Origin: an uncultured Actinomycetes bacterium | Lineage (GTDB): Bacteria; Chloroflexota; Dormibacteria; Aeolococcales; Aeolococcaceae | Reading direction: 5' to 3' | NCBI GenBank assembly: GCA_964618935.1 | Contig: CAZUDL010000008.1 | Span: 28,870 to 92,869, forward strand | Length of the DNA stretch: 64,000 nucleotides | Shown: piece by piece, positions 1-9,503 of the stretch | Layout of the letters: every line of letters starts with the position of its first letter | How positions within the stretch are numbered: the stretch's first letter is position 1 | Notes under the pieces: generated by a model | What the model was told of the DNA's origin: nothing | The model's input: only the letters and a program-made list of their open reading frames with translations | Database searches by the model: none | Translations under genes and position numbers: made by a program

Positions 1-2
1 GT

Positions 3-1406
3 GGGCTGGGATCGGTCCCGCTCACCGCGGCCGCGTCCCCGCCAGCGGGCGGTCACACCCTGGCGCCCTCCACCCGGTTCTTCGTGCCATCGCCCGCCCA
101 GGGGTCCCTCCAGCAGGTGGCGCAGCTGGTGAAGGGTCGCGATCTGAAGGACGCCAACCTCCTGCTCGACATGGAGGCCACCCCGCAGGCGGTCTGGCTC
201 GACGGCGAGACGGCCGCAGAGGATGCCGAGGGCGCGGCCGGTGCGCAGCAGGCCGATTTCCAGGTTGGGCAGCAGGTGCGACAGGCCCTGTTCGAGGCCG
301 GCCTGGAGAATGCCGTCCCCATCCTGGTCGCCTACAACATCCCCGGTCGCGACTGCTCCGAGTACTCGGCCGGCGGCGCTCCCAGCGATACGGCATATGA
401 CCAGTGGATCAGTGCCTTCGCCCAGGCCCTGGGCTGGGGCAAGGCGGTCGTCATCCTGGAGCCCGATGCGCTCGCCAACCTGCCCACCGACTGCAGCGCG
501 GCGTACCAGACCGCCAACCCCGGGATCACGGACGCCACCCGTGAGGCGGACGTCGCCGACGCGGTGAACGCGCTGGAGGCGGATCCCAATGTCAGCGTGT
601 ACCTCGACGGTGGCCACAGCGCGTGGCAGAACGTCGGCAACATCGCGCAGCCGCTGGTGGCGGCGGGCGTTGCCAAGGCCCAGGGCTTCTTCCTGGACGT
701 CTCCAACTACCAGTTCGCTCAGAACAACGTCCAGTACGGAACCTGGGTCTCCGACTGCATCGCCATGGGTGCGGGCAGCCTCACCTATGACTACTCCGAC
801 AACTGCCCGAACCAGTACTGGAACGGCGGGCCCTCCGGCACCGAGATCGCCACACTGCTCGGCGCCTGGACGGGCGTCGCGCTCAGCCCCTACGGGGTGT
901 GGAGCGACGCCTCGACGACGGCCGACCTGAACACGTCCGGGATCAACGCGCGGTACGCCGGCGTGGACGGGACGACCCACTTCGTCATCGACACGAGCCG
1001 CAACGGTCTCGGACCCAACGACATGGCGACCTACGGCGTGGCACCGTACGACCAGTCGGCGGCGACGGTCGGCACCCTGGCGGCCGGCAACTGGTGCAAC
1101 CCGCCCGGCGCGGGCACCGGCATCCTGCCGACCGCGAACACCAGCGGCGTCTCGCCGCTGCTCGATGCCTACCTCTGGGTGAAGACGCCGGGGCAGTCCG
1201 ATGGGCAGTGCGATGCCGCCGGCGGCGTGCGGGCCTGGGACTACACCGCGTACACCCAACCCGGATGGCCCACCAGCAGCAGCGCGCAGGCGCTCTTCGA
1301 CCCCCTGTGGGGACAGGACGATCCCGCGGCCGGTGCCTGGTTCGCCCCGCAGGCCCTCCAGCTCGCACGGAATGCCAACCCGCCGCTGACCTTCCCGATC
1401 CCCTGA
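3..1406 (+). CDS. Glycoside hydrolase family 6 (cellulase/endoglucanase-like), secreted; 5' end lies upstream of window
   Basis: GH6 motifs YNIPGRDC, EPDAL (catalytic acid), YLDGGHSAW, VIDTSRNG, WCNPPG, LWVKTPGQSDG. Frame is open from position 3 (GLGSVPLTAAAS..., signal-peptide-like tail). Confidence 0.9.
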   Translation, partial: GLGSVPLTAAASPPAGGHTLAPSTRFFVPSPAQGSLQQVAQLVKGRDLKDANLLLDMEATPQAVWLDGETAAEDAEGAAGAQQADFQVGQQVRQALFEAGLENAVPILVAYNIPGRDCSEYSAGGAPSDTAYDQWISAFAQALGWGKAVVILEPDALANLPTDCSAAYQTANPGITDATREADVADAVNALEADPNVSVYLDGGHSAWQNVGNIAQPLVAAGVAKAQGFFLDVSNYQFAQNNVQYGTWVSDCIAMGAGSLTYDYSDNCPNQYWNGGPSGTEIATLLGAWTGVALSPYGVWSDASTTADLNTSGINARYAGVDGTTHFVIDTSRNGLGPNDMATYGVAPYDQSAATVGTLAAGNWCNPPGAGTGILPTANTSGVSPLLDAYLWVKTPGQSDGQCDAAGGVRAWDYTAYTQPGWPTSSSAQALFDPLWGQDDPAAGAWFAPQALQLARNANPPLTFPIP

Positions 1407-1459
1407 TCGGGGGATTCCTCTCGGAGGGGACATCGGGACCGCCGGAGCCGTCGCTCCGG

Positions 1460-1487
1460 CGGTCCCTCCGCCGGTCCCTCCGCCGGT
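1460..1487 (+). repeat. 12-bp tandem repeat (CGGTCCCTCCGC x2.3) abutting a TAGACT -10 element
   Basis: Units at 1460-1471 and 1472-1483, partial unit 1484-1487; 8-bp hairpin GCCGGAGC/GCTCCGGC at 1441-1460. Confidence 0.75.
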
Positions 1488-1500
1488 AGACTGCCGGGCC

Positions 1501-2859
1501 ATGGACCTCGCCGCGCTGAGCCGTCAGGCCGTCGAGACGGTGGCCCGCTGGGAGGCCGGCTGGCCCGAGGTCGCCCCGGACGTCTCCGTGGCGGCGGAAC
1601 CGGAGAGGGTGGCGGCGGTGCTGGAGGAGCTGGGACGCCGCCTCCAGAACAACTACCCCTACTTCCATCCCAGCTACGCCGGCCAGATGCTCACGCCGCC
1701 GCACCCGGCGGCCGCCGCCGCGTATCTCATGGCCATGCTCATCAACCCCAACAACCACGCCGAGGACGGGGGCCCGGCGACGGCGATCCTGGAGAGGGAG
1801 TCGGTGGCCGCCGTGGCAGCGATGTTCCACCTCCCCGCTGAGAGCCTCGGCCACCTCACCAGCAGCGGCACCATCGCCAACCTCGAGGCGTTGTTCGTCG
1901 CGCGCGAGCTGCGCCCGGGGGCCGCCGTCGCGTACGGCGAGGAGGCCCACTACACCCATGCGCGGATGTGCCACCTGCTGGGCATCCGAGGCGTGGCGGT
2001 GCCGGCCGACTCGTGCGGGCGCATGGACCTCGACGCCCTCGAGCGGCTGCTCCGGACCGACCCCTCCATCGGCACGGTGGTGCTGACGGCGGGCACCACC
2101 GCCCTCGGCGCCGTCGACCCCATCGACGCGGCCCTGCCGCTGCGGGACCGCTACGGCGTCCGCCTCCATGTCGACGCCGCGTACGGCGGCTTCCACGCCA
2201 TCCCCGCATGGTCCGGCTCGAGTGATGTCCCGGCGGCCCCGCTGCGCGCCATCGCGGAGTGCGACTCCGTGGTCGTCGATCCTCACAAGCACGGGCTCCA
2301 GCCGTACGGCTGTGGCTGCGTCCTCTTCCGCGACCCCTCGGTGCGGCGCTTCTACGCGCACGACTCCCCGTACACGTACTTCACCGCCGCCGACCTGCAT
2401 CTCGGCGAGATCAGCCTCGAGTGCTCGCGCGCCGGCGCCGCCGCCGCGGCGCTGTGGACCACGTTCCAGCTCTTCCCCCTCACCGCCGACGGACTGGGGG
2501 CGGTCCTCGCCGCCTGCCGCCGCGCCGCGCGGCGCTTCGCCGGTCTCGTCGCCGGCTCTCCGCACCTGCGGCTGTACCAGGAGCCGGAGCTGGACATCGT
2601 CGCCTACTTCCCCTGGACGGCCGGGTCAAGCGCCGGCGATGTCGACCGCGCCAGCCAGCGGCTCTTCGACGAGGCGATGTCGGCAGACGATCCCGTCTAC
2701 CTCAGCGTGGCCCGGGTGACGCCGGAGGCCTTCACGCTGCGGAATCCGGACATCCCCGCCGGCGCGAGCATCCGTGTGCTCCGCAGCGTCTTCATGAAGC
2801 CCGAGCACGAGGCACACGCGCCCCTCATCCACGAACGGCTGACACTCCTCCTCGACTGA
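1501..2859 (+). CDS. Group II PLP-dependent decarboxylase (tyrosine/glutamate/aspartate decarboxylase-like)
   Basis: LTSSGTIAN, LHVDAAYGG, DPHKHG (PLP lysine), LECSR; TAGACT 8 nt before ATG. Confidence 0.85.
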   Translation: MDLAALSRQAVETVARWEAGWPEVAPDVSVAAEPERVAAVLEELGRRLQNNYPYFHPSYAGQMLTPPHPAAAAAYLMAMLINPNNHAEDGGPATAILERESVAAVAAMFHLPAESLGHLTSSGTIANLEALFVARELRPGAAVAYGEEAHYTHARMCHLLGIRGVAVPADSCGRMDLDALERLLRTDPSIGTVVLTAGTTALGAVDPIDAALPLRDRYGVRLHVDAAYGGFHAIPAWSGSSDVPAAPLRAIAECDSVVVDPHKHGLQPYGCGCVLFRDPSVRRFYAHDSPYTYFTAADLHLGEISLECSRAGAAAAALWTTFQLFPLTADGLGAVLAACRRAARRFAGLVAGSPHLRLYQEPELDIVAYFPWTAGSSAGDVDRASQRLFDEAMSADDPVYLSVARVTPEAFTLRNPDIPAGASIRVLRSVFMKPEHEAHAPLIHERLTLLLD

Positions 2860-2898
2860 GCCTCGCCGGCGCCAGCGTTCGCGTGCCCGGCCTGGGGG

Positions 2899-5766
2899 TC
2901 AGCCGGTGTTCTGCAGTCCCGCAGCGATGCCGTTGACGGTGCGCAGGATGGCCTCCCGCAGGGCGTCGCGCTCGGGGGCGTCGCCGTCCATGCGGCGGTA
3001 TCGGTCGAGCATCTGGGCCTGGAGGACCGACAGCGGATCGATGTACGGGTCGCGCAACCGGAGCGTCTCCTGCAGCAGCGGCTGGTCGGCGAGCAGGGCC
3101 TCCTTGCCGGTGACGCGGAGCATCGCCGACACGGTCCGCGCGTGCTCGGCGGTGATCTCGTCCCACATCCTGCGGCGCAGCCCGGCGTCGGTGACCAGCT
3201 CCAGGTAGCGCCCGGCGACACCGAGGTCGGTCTTGGCCAGGGTCATCTCCAGGTTGCCGACGAGGGCTCGGAAGAACGGCCAGCCGGCGTACATCTCGTG
3301 GAGCAGGCGCCAGCGCGGCTCTCCCGCCGCGGGGAGGGGCGCGTCGGCGGCGCCGGGCGGCATGTCGCGGCCGTCCTCGATCTCGGAGCGCCCCTCCTGG
3401 GCGAAGGCGGCCAGCGACCGGCCGACCCCGTACCAGGTGGGGAGCATGAGCCGGGTCTGGTTCCACGCGAAGCTCCAGGGGATCGCACGCAGATCCTCGA
3501 TCCGGTTCGATCCGTGGCGGCTCACCGGCCGGGAGCCGATGGTCAGCTGTCCCAGCTCGTCGATGGGGGTGACCTCCCGGAAGAACCGCTCGAAGTCCTC
3601 GGTGTAGACGAAGCCGCGGTAGCGGCGGAAGCTGTCGCCGGCGATGCCCGCCATGGCCCGCTCCCAGACCGCCTCGCGGTCGGCGGGAAGCGGAGGCTGC
3701 AGCGAGCTCGCCTCCAGGACCGCCGCCGCCACCAGTTCCAGGTGGTTCTGGGCCACCTCGGCCCGCGAGTAGCGGTAGTGGAGGACCTCACCCTGCTCGG
3801 TGATCCTGACCCTGCCGCGCACCGCCCCTGGCGGCTGCGCCAGCAGGGCCTCGTGGGTCGGGCCGCCGCCCCGGGAGACCGTGCCACCGCGGCCGTGGAA
3901 GAGGCGCAGCCGGACGCCGGCGCCGTCGCAGACGCGGGCCAGCTCGCGGTGGGCCACGTACAGGGACCACTGCGCCGCCAGGTAGCCGCCGTCCTTGCTG
4001 CTGTCGCTGTAGCCGAGCATGATCTCCTGGACGTCGCCGCGGGCATGCACCTGCTGGGCGTACTCGGGCTGGGCGAGGAGGCGGCGGAGCACCTCGGGAC
4101 CGGCCCGCAGGCTGGAGATCGTCTCCATGAGCGGGACGATGTCGATGCGGCTGCTGTGGACCGAGCCGAAGCTCCAGGACACCAGCCCCACCAGCGAGGC
4201 CAGCCACATCGTCGCCAGGGCGTCGACGGGTGAGTGGCTCATGGAGAGCACGAACCGCTCCGTGGATCGCGGTGAGATGGTCCGCTGGGCCCGGCCCATC
4301 TCCACCAGCGTGTCGAGGATGTCGCGGTCGTCCGGATTCAGATCGAGGGCGCCGATGTGGGGGCCGCGCTGTCTCATGGCGCCGGTGAGCAGCCGCATGG
4401 CGTCGGCCTCGTCCATCGCGTCGAGGCCGGTCTCGACCTGGCCGAACTGGCGGAGGATCGCCGAGGCCACCTCGCGGATCCGCGAGCTGTGCTGGCGGAC
4501 GTCGACGGAGTACCCGCAGAAGTCGAAACTGGCAACGCGGCGCCGCAGCCGCAGCAGCTCGCCGTCCGCGAAGACCGCACCACGCTGCCGGCGCAGGGCG
4601 GCGTCGACCAGATCCAGGTCGGCCAGCAACTCGTCGGCACCGGCGTAGGGGTGCTCGGCCGCGGTCCCCTGCAGCTGCGACAGGTTGGCCTCGATGCGGT
4701 GGTGGATCAGGGTCAGCTTGCGCCGGTACGGTTCGTCCTGGTTGCGCGTCCCCATCGCCTGCGCCGCCAGCGGCATGTTCGCCTCGTCGCGGGCGATCGA
4801 GGCGGCCAGTTCGGCGTCGCCCCCGGTCCACCGCGTGGACTGGCTGAATTGGACACTGATGGCGGAAACATCATCGCGGTAGCGGGTGAGCATCAGCTGC
4901 TTCTGCTCGCGGAGGGCGTCGCGCAGCGAGGCGGCCCGCGCATGGGGATTGCCATCCTGGTCACCGCCGACCCAGGAACCGAGGCGGAGGAAGGGACGGA
5001 AGCGGGGAGGCGCCTCGCCGAAGACCTCGGACCAGCGCCGGTCCAGCTCGGCGTGGACGGCGGGGACGACCTCGAGCAGCAGGGGGAGATGGGAGCGAAC
5101 GTCGCGCGCCTCGTCGGCGACGGTGGGCCGGGCGGTGTGCAGCTCCTCGGTCTGCCACAGGAGCTCGATGTGCTCGCGCATGGCCGCCACCAGGGCGGCC
5201 TGGCGGGAGGGGTCGACCTGCCCGTCGAGCGCGTCAAGGGCCATGGCCACGCCGGTCACATGGTCGAGGACCGAGCGACGCACCGCCTCGGTGGGGTGGG
5301 CGGTGACCACCGGCATGACGTCCAGCTCGGCGAGGGCGGCGCGGAGCCTCTCCCGGCCACCCTCGATGGCCGCTGCCCGCGTGAAGAGGTGGAAGAAGGT
5401 CCCGGGGGGCGCGGGCTCGCCGGGGACCGCGGCCTGGATCTCCCGGATGACCTGCACCCGGTGCTCCAGCTCGGCGACGTTGACCAGCTGGAAGTAGAGG
5501 GAGAAGGCGCGGATCAGCCGCGTTGCCGTGGACATGTCGATGCCGCCGAGCTCCGCCCCCAGCGCCCGGCTCACGCCGTCGTCGTGGTGCTCGCGGAGCT
5601 GCTTGGTCTTGGCCCGGACGCCCTCCTCGAGGTCGAGGAGAGCCTGACCCTCCTGGTTCACCACCGTCTCGCCGAGGAGCGCGCCGAGCAGGCGGACGTG
5701 ACTCCGGAGGCGCCGGTCGGCGTCGTCGGTCGCGTCGGGCAGGTTCGGATCAGCGGAACCGATCAC
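2899..5766 (-). CDS. ppc: Phosphoenolpyruvate carboxylase (bacterial type)
   Basis: TAHPTE, MLGYSDSSKDGG, LFHGRGG, RITEQGE, LRAIPW, C-terminal QNTG; GTG start at 5766 chosen (955 aa). Confidence 0.95.
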   Translation of the reverse strand: MIGSADPNLPDATDDADRRLRSHVRLLGALLGETVVNQEGQALLDLEEGVRAKTKQLREHHDDGVSRALGAELGGIDMSTATRLIRAFSLYFQLVNVAELEHRVQVIREIQAAVPGEPAPPGTFFHLFTRAAAIEGGRERLRAALAELDVMPVVTAHPTEAVRRSVLDHVTGVAMALDALDGQVDPSRQAALVAAMREHIELLWQTEELHTARPTVADEARDVRSHLPLLLEVVPAVHAELDRRWSEVFGEAPPRFRPFLRLGSWVGGDQDGNPHARAASLRDALREQKQLMLTRYRDDVSAISVQFSQSTRWTGGDAELAASIARDEANMPLAAQAMGTRNQDEPYRRKLTLIHHRIEANLSQLQGTAAEHPYAGADELLADLDLVDAALRRQRGAVFADGELLRLRRRVASFDFCGYSVDVRQHSSRIREVASAILRQFGQVETGLDAMDEADAMRLLTGAMRQRGPHIGALDLNPDDRDILDTLVEMGRAQRTISPRSTERFVLSMSHSPVDALATMWLASLVGLVSWSFGSVHSSRIDIVPLMETISSLRAGPEVLRRLLAQPEYAQQVHARGDVQEIMLGYSDSSKDGGYLAAQWSLYVAHRELARVCDGAGVRLRLFHGRGGTVSRGGGPTHEALLAQPPGAVRGRVRITEQGEVLHYRYSRAEVAQNHLELVAAAVLEASSLQPPLPADREAVWERAMAGIAGDSFRRYRGFVYTEDFERFFREVTPIDELGQLTIGSRPVSRHGSNRIEDLRAIPWSFAWNQTRLMLPTWYGVGRSLAAFAQEGRSEIEDGRDMPPGAADAPLPAAGEPRWRLLHEMYAGWPFFRALVGNLEMTLAKTDLGVAGRYLELVTDAGLRRRMWDEITAEHARTVSAMLRVTGKEALLADQPLLQETLRLRDPYIDPLSVLQAQMLDRYRRMDGDAPERDALREAILRTVNGIAAGLQNTG

Positions 5767-5855
5767 CTGCCAAGCATGCCTCCTCGCCGTCCGGCGGTGC
5801 AGGGACGCGCGCCCCGGGGGCCACGGGTCCTTCCGCCGCATCCCCCCTGGGCCGG

Positions 5856-7094
5856 TCAGCCGGCGGCGGAGGGGCAGAGATCCACATCCTTGGCGGTGAG
5901 GACGTGGGCGACCGCGTCGATCAACCGCGCCTGCGGTACCGCCCCGTCCCCCACCGCCTGGACGATGGCGGTCTCCACCGCCGCCGTCATCGAGGCGGGG
6001 TCGGTGGCGGTGAACAGGATCATGTCGGCGCCGGCCGCGATGGCGTCGACAGCGGCCTGCGGCACGCTGATGCCCAGGGCCCCGATGGCTCCGGCGCTGA
6101 GCGAGTCGGTGAGGATCAGCCCCTCGAAATGGAGCTGGTCGACGAGCAGCCCCTCGATGGCGGCCGAGGAGAGGCTGGCCGGACCGCTGGACCATCCGGG
6201 GATGGAGGCGTTGGAGACCATCACCGCCGGCAGCTCGGCACCGACGGCGGCGACGAAGGGGAGGAGCCCGCCGTTGACCAGCGTCGAGTAGGGGAGGGTG
6301 GAGGCGGGGCCGTCGTCGGTGTTGCCGCTGGCACCGCCCAATCCCGGGAAGTGCTTCACGACCGGGATCACCCCCGCCGTCACCAGCCCCTCGGCGAAGG
6401 CCAGGCCGTCGGCGGTGGCGACGGACGCGTCCGCGCTGAACGAGCGCGAGCCGTCCGCATCGGAGTCGTTGGGACCGACACCCCCGTCCACGTCGAGGAC
6501 GGGGGCGAGATCCATCGTCACACCCTGCTGCAGCATCGCCGCCCCCACGGTCTCGGCCTGGCTCTCGATCTGGGCCGGGGTCATGGTGCTCCCCATGTCG
6601 CGGGCCCAGGGAAGCGACCCCACCAGGTTCGCCATCCTCTGCACGCCGCCGCCCTCCTCGTCGGTCATGACGAACGGGCGGATCCCGCCGGGCGCTCCCG
6701 CCTCCATGGCCGCCAGCTGGGAGCCGAGGTCCGAGGGTGCCGTGCTGCCGAAGAGGATCACGCCGCCCGCTCCCTGGGCGACCTCGGGCGCGGCGGCACC
6801 CACGTCCGTCTCGTCGACGGGGACGACGACGACCTGGGCCGCCAGGCTGGCGAGGCTCCACGACGCCAGCACGGTCTGATTGGAGCAATTCGCGACGGCG
6901 GTGGCCGTGGCCGTGGGCGAGGGCACCGGCGCGGAGGCGCGCGGCGCGGCCCGCGGCGTCCGGCTGCCGCCCCCGCAACTCGCCAGCAGAAGAGCGGCGG
7001 CCAACATCGCCGCGGCGAAGGAGGTGCCGGGCCTGTGCCCGGTCAGCGGCCGCACCAGGCGAGGATACCGCCCAGGTCTCGGACGGTCGAGCAC
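5856..7094 (-). CDS. GH3 beta-N-acetylhexosaminidase-like lipoprotein
   Basis: Lipobox LASC; TDEEGG, DLAPVLDV, KHFPGLG, LTDSL; single GH3 N-domain length; exact start uncertain. Confidence 0.85.
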   Translation of the reverse strand: MLDRPRPGRYPRLVRPLTGHRPGTSFAAAMLAAALLLASCGGGSRTPRAAPRASAPVPSPTATATAVANCSNQTVLASWSLASLAAQVVVVPVDETDVGAAAPEVAQGAGGVILFGSTAPSDLGSQLAAMEAGAPGGIRPFVMTDEEGGGVQRMANLVGSLPWARDMGSTMTPAQIESQAETVGAAMLQQGVTMDLAPVLDVDGGVGPNDSDADGSRSFSADASVATADGLAFAEGLVTAGVIPVVKHFPGLGGASGNTDDGPASTLPYSTLVNGGLLPFVAAVGAELPAVMVSNASIPGWSSGPASLSSAAIEGLLVDQLHFEGLILTDSLSAGAIGALGISVPQAAVDAIAAGADMILFTATDPASMTAAVETAIVQAVGDGAVPQARLIDAVAHVLTAKDVDLCPSAAG

Positions 7095-7121
7095 CGCCCG
7101 ACGCCCGCCGTGCCGAGGGGG

Positions 7122-7778
7122 TCAGGCGCGGAAGTCGTGCGGTCGCTCGCGGCTGGCGGCGAGCAGAGCCGCCCTGACGCCCGCCGCGTCGAGGTCTGCC
7201 ACGTACACCGGGGTGCCGGGCTGCTGGCGCCACGACTCGTCGATGGTGCCGGCGTCGACCGGGTCGAAGCCGAGGTCGTCGACCAGGCGCATGACGATGG
7301 CCTTGGCCTGCGGCTCGTCCCCGGCCACCGGAAGAGCGATCCTTCCGGGCGCCCCCGCCGGTCTGCCCCCCTCGAGGAGGCGCTGGGCGCGGATGCCGTT
7401 GAACGCCTTGACCACCGGGTGCCCGAGGTGCCGGCCGACCCAGCGGCTCTCGGGGAGCCCGGCCTCGATCTCGTCGATGCGCCCGTCGCGCCGCGGGTAG
7501 TAGTTCCCGGTGTCGACGATGGGGGTCCCCGGCGCCGTGCCGTCGAGGATGCCGCCGGGCAGCGACGGGATGGCCCTCTCCGGGACCGCGACGATGACCA
7601 GGTCGGCGCCGTGGGCCGCGTCGGCGGCGAGGACGGCCCGCGCGCCGGTCTCGCGCGCCAGGCCGGCCAGGGTCTCCGGGTCCCGGGAGTTGGCGACCGC
7701 CACCTCGTGGCCCAGCGCCGACAGCCGCCGGGTGAGGGTGCCGCCGATGTTACCGGCGCCGATGATGCCGACCCTCAT
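7122..7778 (-). CDS. NADPH-dependent F420 reductase-like oxidoreductase
   Basis: GIIGAGNIG Rossmann motif, VDTGNYYP, VVKAFN, GFDPVDAG; ATGA overlap with upstream bcp. Confidence 0.85.
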   Translation of the reverse strand: MRVGIIGAGNIGGTLTRRLSALGHEVAVANSRDPETLAGLARETGARAVLAADAAHGADLVIVAVPERAIPSLPGGILDGTAPGTPIVDTGNYYPRRDGRIDEIEAGLPESRWVGRHLGHPVVKAFNGIRAQRLLEGGRPAGAPGRIALPVAGDEPQAKAIVMRLVDDLGFDPVDAGTIDESWRQQPGTPVYVADLDAAGVRAALLAASRERPHDFRA

Positions 7779-8224
7779 CGCCGGCGCAGGATCTCGAGGG
7801 CCCGGGTGGCGTGCGCGCTCATGCTGATCTCGCTCTTGACGACGCCGAGCACCCTGCGGTTGGTATCGATGACGAAGGTCCAGCGCTTGACGGGGATGGG
7901 GCCGAACCGCCGCTTCACCCCGAACTGGCGCGCCACCCTTCCCGCCTCGTCGGAGAGGAGCGGGTAGCCCAGTGAGTTGCGCTCGGCGAATCGGCGCTGC
8001 TTCTCCACGACGTCAGTGCTGATGCCGACCCTCTGGGCGCCGACCGCCGCGAACTCGCCGGCGAGGTCCCGGAAGAGCAGGCACTCGACGGTGCAGCCGG
8101 CGCTCATCGCCGCCGGGTAGAAGAACAGGGCCACAGGTCCCCTTGCCAGGAACTCGGACAGCCGCCGCGGCGTGCCGGTCTCGTCGGGCAGTTCGAACTC
8201 GTCGACCCGGTCACCTATCTCCAC
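7775..8224 (-). CDS. bcp: Peroxiredoxin, Bcp/PrxQ family
   Basis: FELPDETG, FFYPAAMSAGCTVEC, GISTD, KRWTFVID; start placed at GTG 8224 (7 nt after TGnTACATT), ATG 8227 also possible. Confidence 0.85.
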   Translation of the reverse strand: MEIGDRVDEFELPDETGTPRRLSEFLARGPVALFFYPAAMSAGCTVECLLFRDLAGEFAAVGAQRVGISTDVVEKQRRFAERNSLGYPLLSDEAGRVARQFGVKRRFGPIPVKRWTFVIDTNRRVLGVVKSEISMSAHATRALEILRRR

Positions 8225-8270
8225 CATCCCCAATGTAGCATCGGGCTCTGGTTTCGACGAAGGGCACGAT

Positions 8271-9503
8271 GTGAGCGCCGGACCCGCCATGGGGGGATCC
8301 TCGGAGAGATCCCGGAGCTGGCCGGAGCGCCTCTCCTGGTCACCGGGGTCCGGCGCGGATCCGGCCGGGTGGCCCCAGGTCTGGAGGGGGCCGGCGGCGC
8401 TCGCCGTCGCCCTGGTGGTCGGTCTCCGTGTGGCATACGGGCTCGCCGCCGCCCTCTTCGCCACCGGCCGGCTCCACCCCGAGAACCTCATCGCGTCGGC
8501 CCCCCTCTCCGCCTCGCCTCTGATCTCGCCGTGGCAGCGCTTCGACGCGCTGTGGTACCAGTCGATCGCGGTCCACGGATACGCCGCCAAACCACCGGGA
8601 TCCGCCGCCTTCCTGCCCCTATACCCGCTGCTGGAAGGCGCGGCCGGCCGTCTCGTGGGTGGGGCCGCCCTCGGAGGCCTCCTCGTCAGCAGCGCCGCCC
8701 TGATCGCCGCGCTGATCCTCCTGGCGAGGTTCGCCGAACCGATCATCGGCCGCCGCGCCGCCGCCTGCGCGGTGGTCCTGGTCGCGGTGGCGCCCACCGC
8801 CGTCTTCCTCTTCGCCGGATACACCGAAAGCCTCTTCCTGCTCCTGGTGCTCGCCGTGTACCTGCTCGCCCGTGGAGGCCGCCTGGGCTGGGCCGGCCTG
8901 GCCGCCGGCATCGCCGTGCTGACCCGGGACCAGGGACTCTTCCTGGCGCCGGCCCTGCTGGCGGGCATCTGGTTCGGGCCGGCACGCCCGCGCGGCGCCG
9001 GCGCCTGGGCCGCCGCCGTCCTGAGGACCTGCGCCCCGTCGGTGGTCGCCGCGGGAGCCATCGTCGGGGCCTGGGAGTGGATGGGCCAGGGGCTCGGTCC
9101 CTGGAGCTCGGAGGCGCTCTGGGGTGCCCGGGCCAGCGCACCCTGGACGACGCTTGCCGACTCGTTCCGGGTGGCGATCCAGGGTGGCCATGCGGAGGAG
9201 CTGCTGAACCTCGCGGCCGTCGCCGCCATGGTGGTCACCCTGCCCTGGGTCTGGCGGCGGGCCGGCGCTGGGCCGGGCGTCTTCCAGCTGCTCAGCCTCC
9301 TCGTCATCGTCGTCCACGAGAACGACATCACGCCGCTGACGTCGGCCGACCGGTACATCCTGGCGCTGCCGGGCGTCTTCCTCGCCGTGGCCGCCTTCCT
9401 GGACCGGCGGCCGTCGTGGCTGCGATGGCTGGTGGCCGCCGTGTCGCTCGCCGCCGCCGTCTACGTCCTGGGCAGGTTCGTCGCCTTCCACTTCGTCGGC
9501 TGA
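8271..9503 (+). CDS. PIG-V-like (GT-C) membrane mannosyltransferase
   Basis: RFDALWYQSIAVHGY, AFLPLYP, YTESLFL, multiple TM helices; start uncertain (8271 or 8289). Confidence 0.75.
   Translation: MSAGPAMGGSSERSRSWPERLSWSPGSGADPAGWPQVWRGPAALAVALVVGLRVAYGLAAALFATGRLHPENLIASAPLSASPLISPWQRFDALWYQSIAVHGYAAKPPGSAAFLPLYPLLEGAAGRLVGGAALGGLLVSSAALIAALILLARFAEPIIGRRAAACAVVLVAVAPTAVFLFAGYTESLFLLLVLAVYLLARGGRLGWAGLAAGIAVLTRDQGLFLAPALLAGIWFGPARPRGAGAWAAAVLRTCAPSVVAAGAIVGAWEWMGQGLGPWSSEALWGARASAPWTTLADSFRVAIQGGHAEELLNLAAVAAMVVTLPWVWRRAGAGPGVFQLLSLLVIVVHENDITPLTSADRYILALPGVFLAVAAFLDRRPSWLRWLVAAVSLAAAVYVLGRFVAFHFVG

Noticed and set aside
5763-5777. Mini-ORF ATG CTT GGC AGG TGA overlapping the ppc GTG
   Set aside because: GGAGG lies only 1 nt before its ATG and could serve the ppc GTG instead; too short to distinguish from chance
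6345-6362. GH3 KHFPGLG instead of KHFPGHG, and no DSH dyad
   Set aside because: By my recollection this variant is common in secreted actinobacterial-type GH3 lipoproteins
9461-9503. Convergent 3' overlaps (copA/PIG-V-like 43 bp; also gntR/mini-protein 44 bp at 12443-12486)
   Set aside because: Short convergent overlaps are common in high-GC genomes
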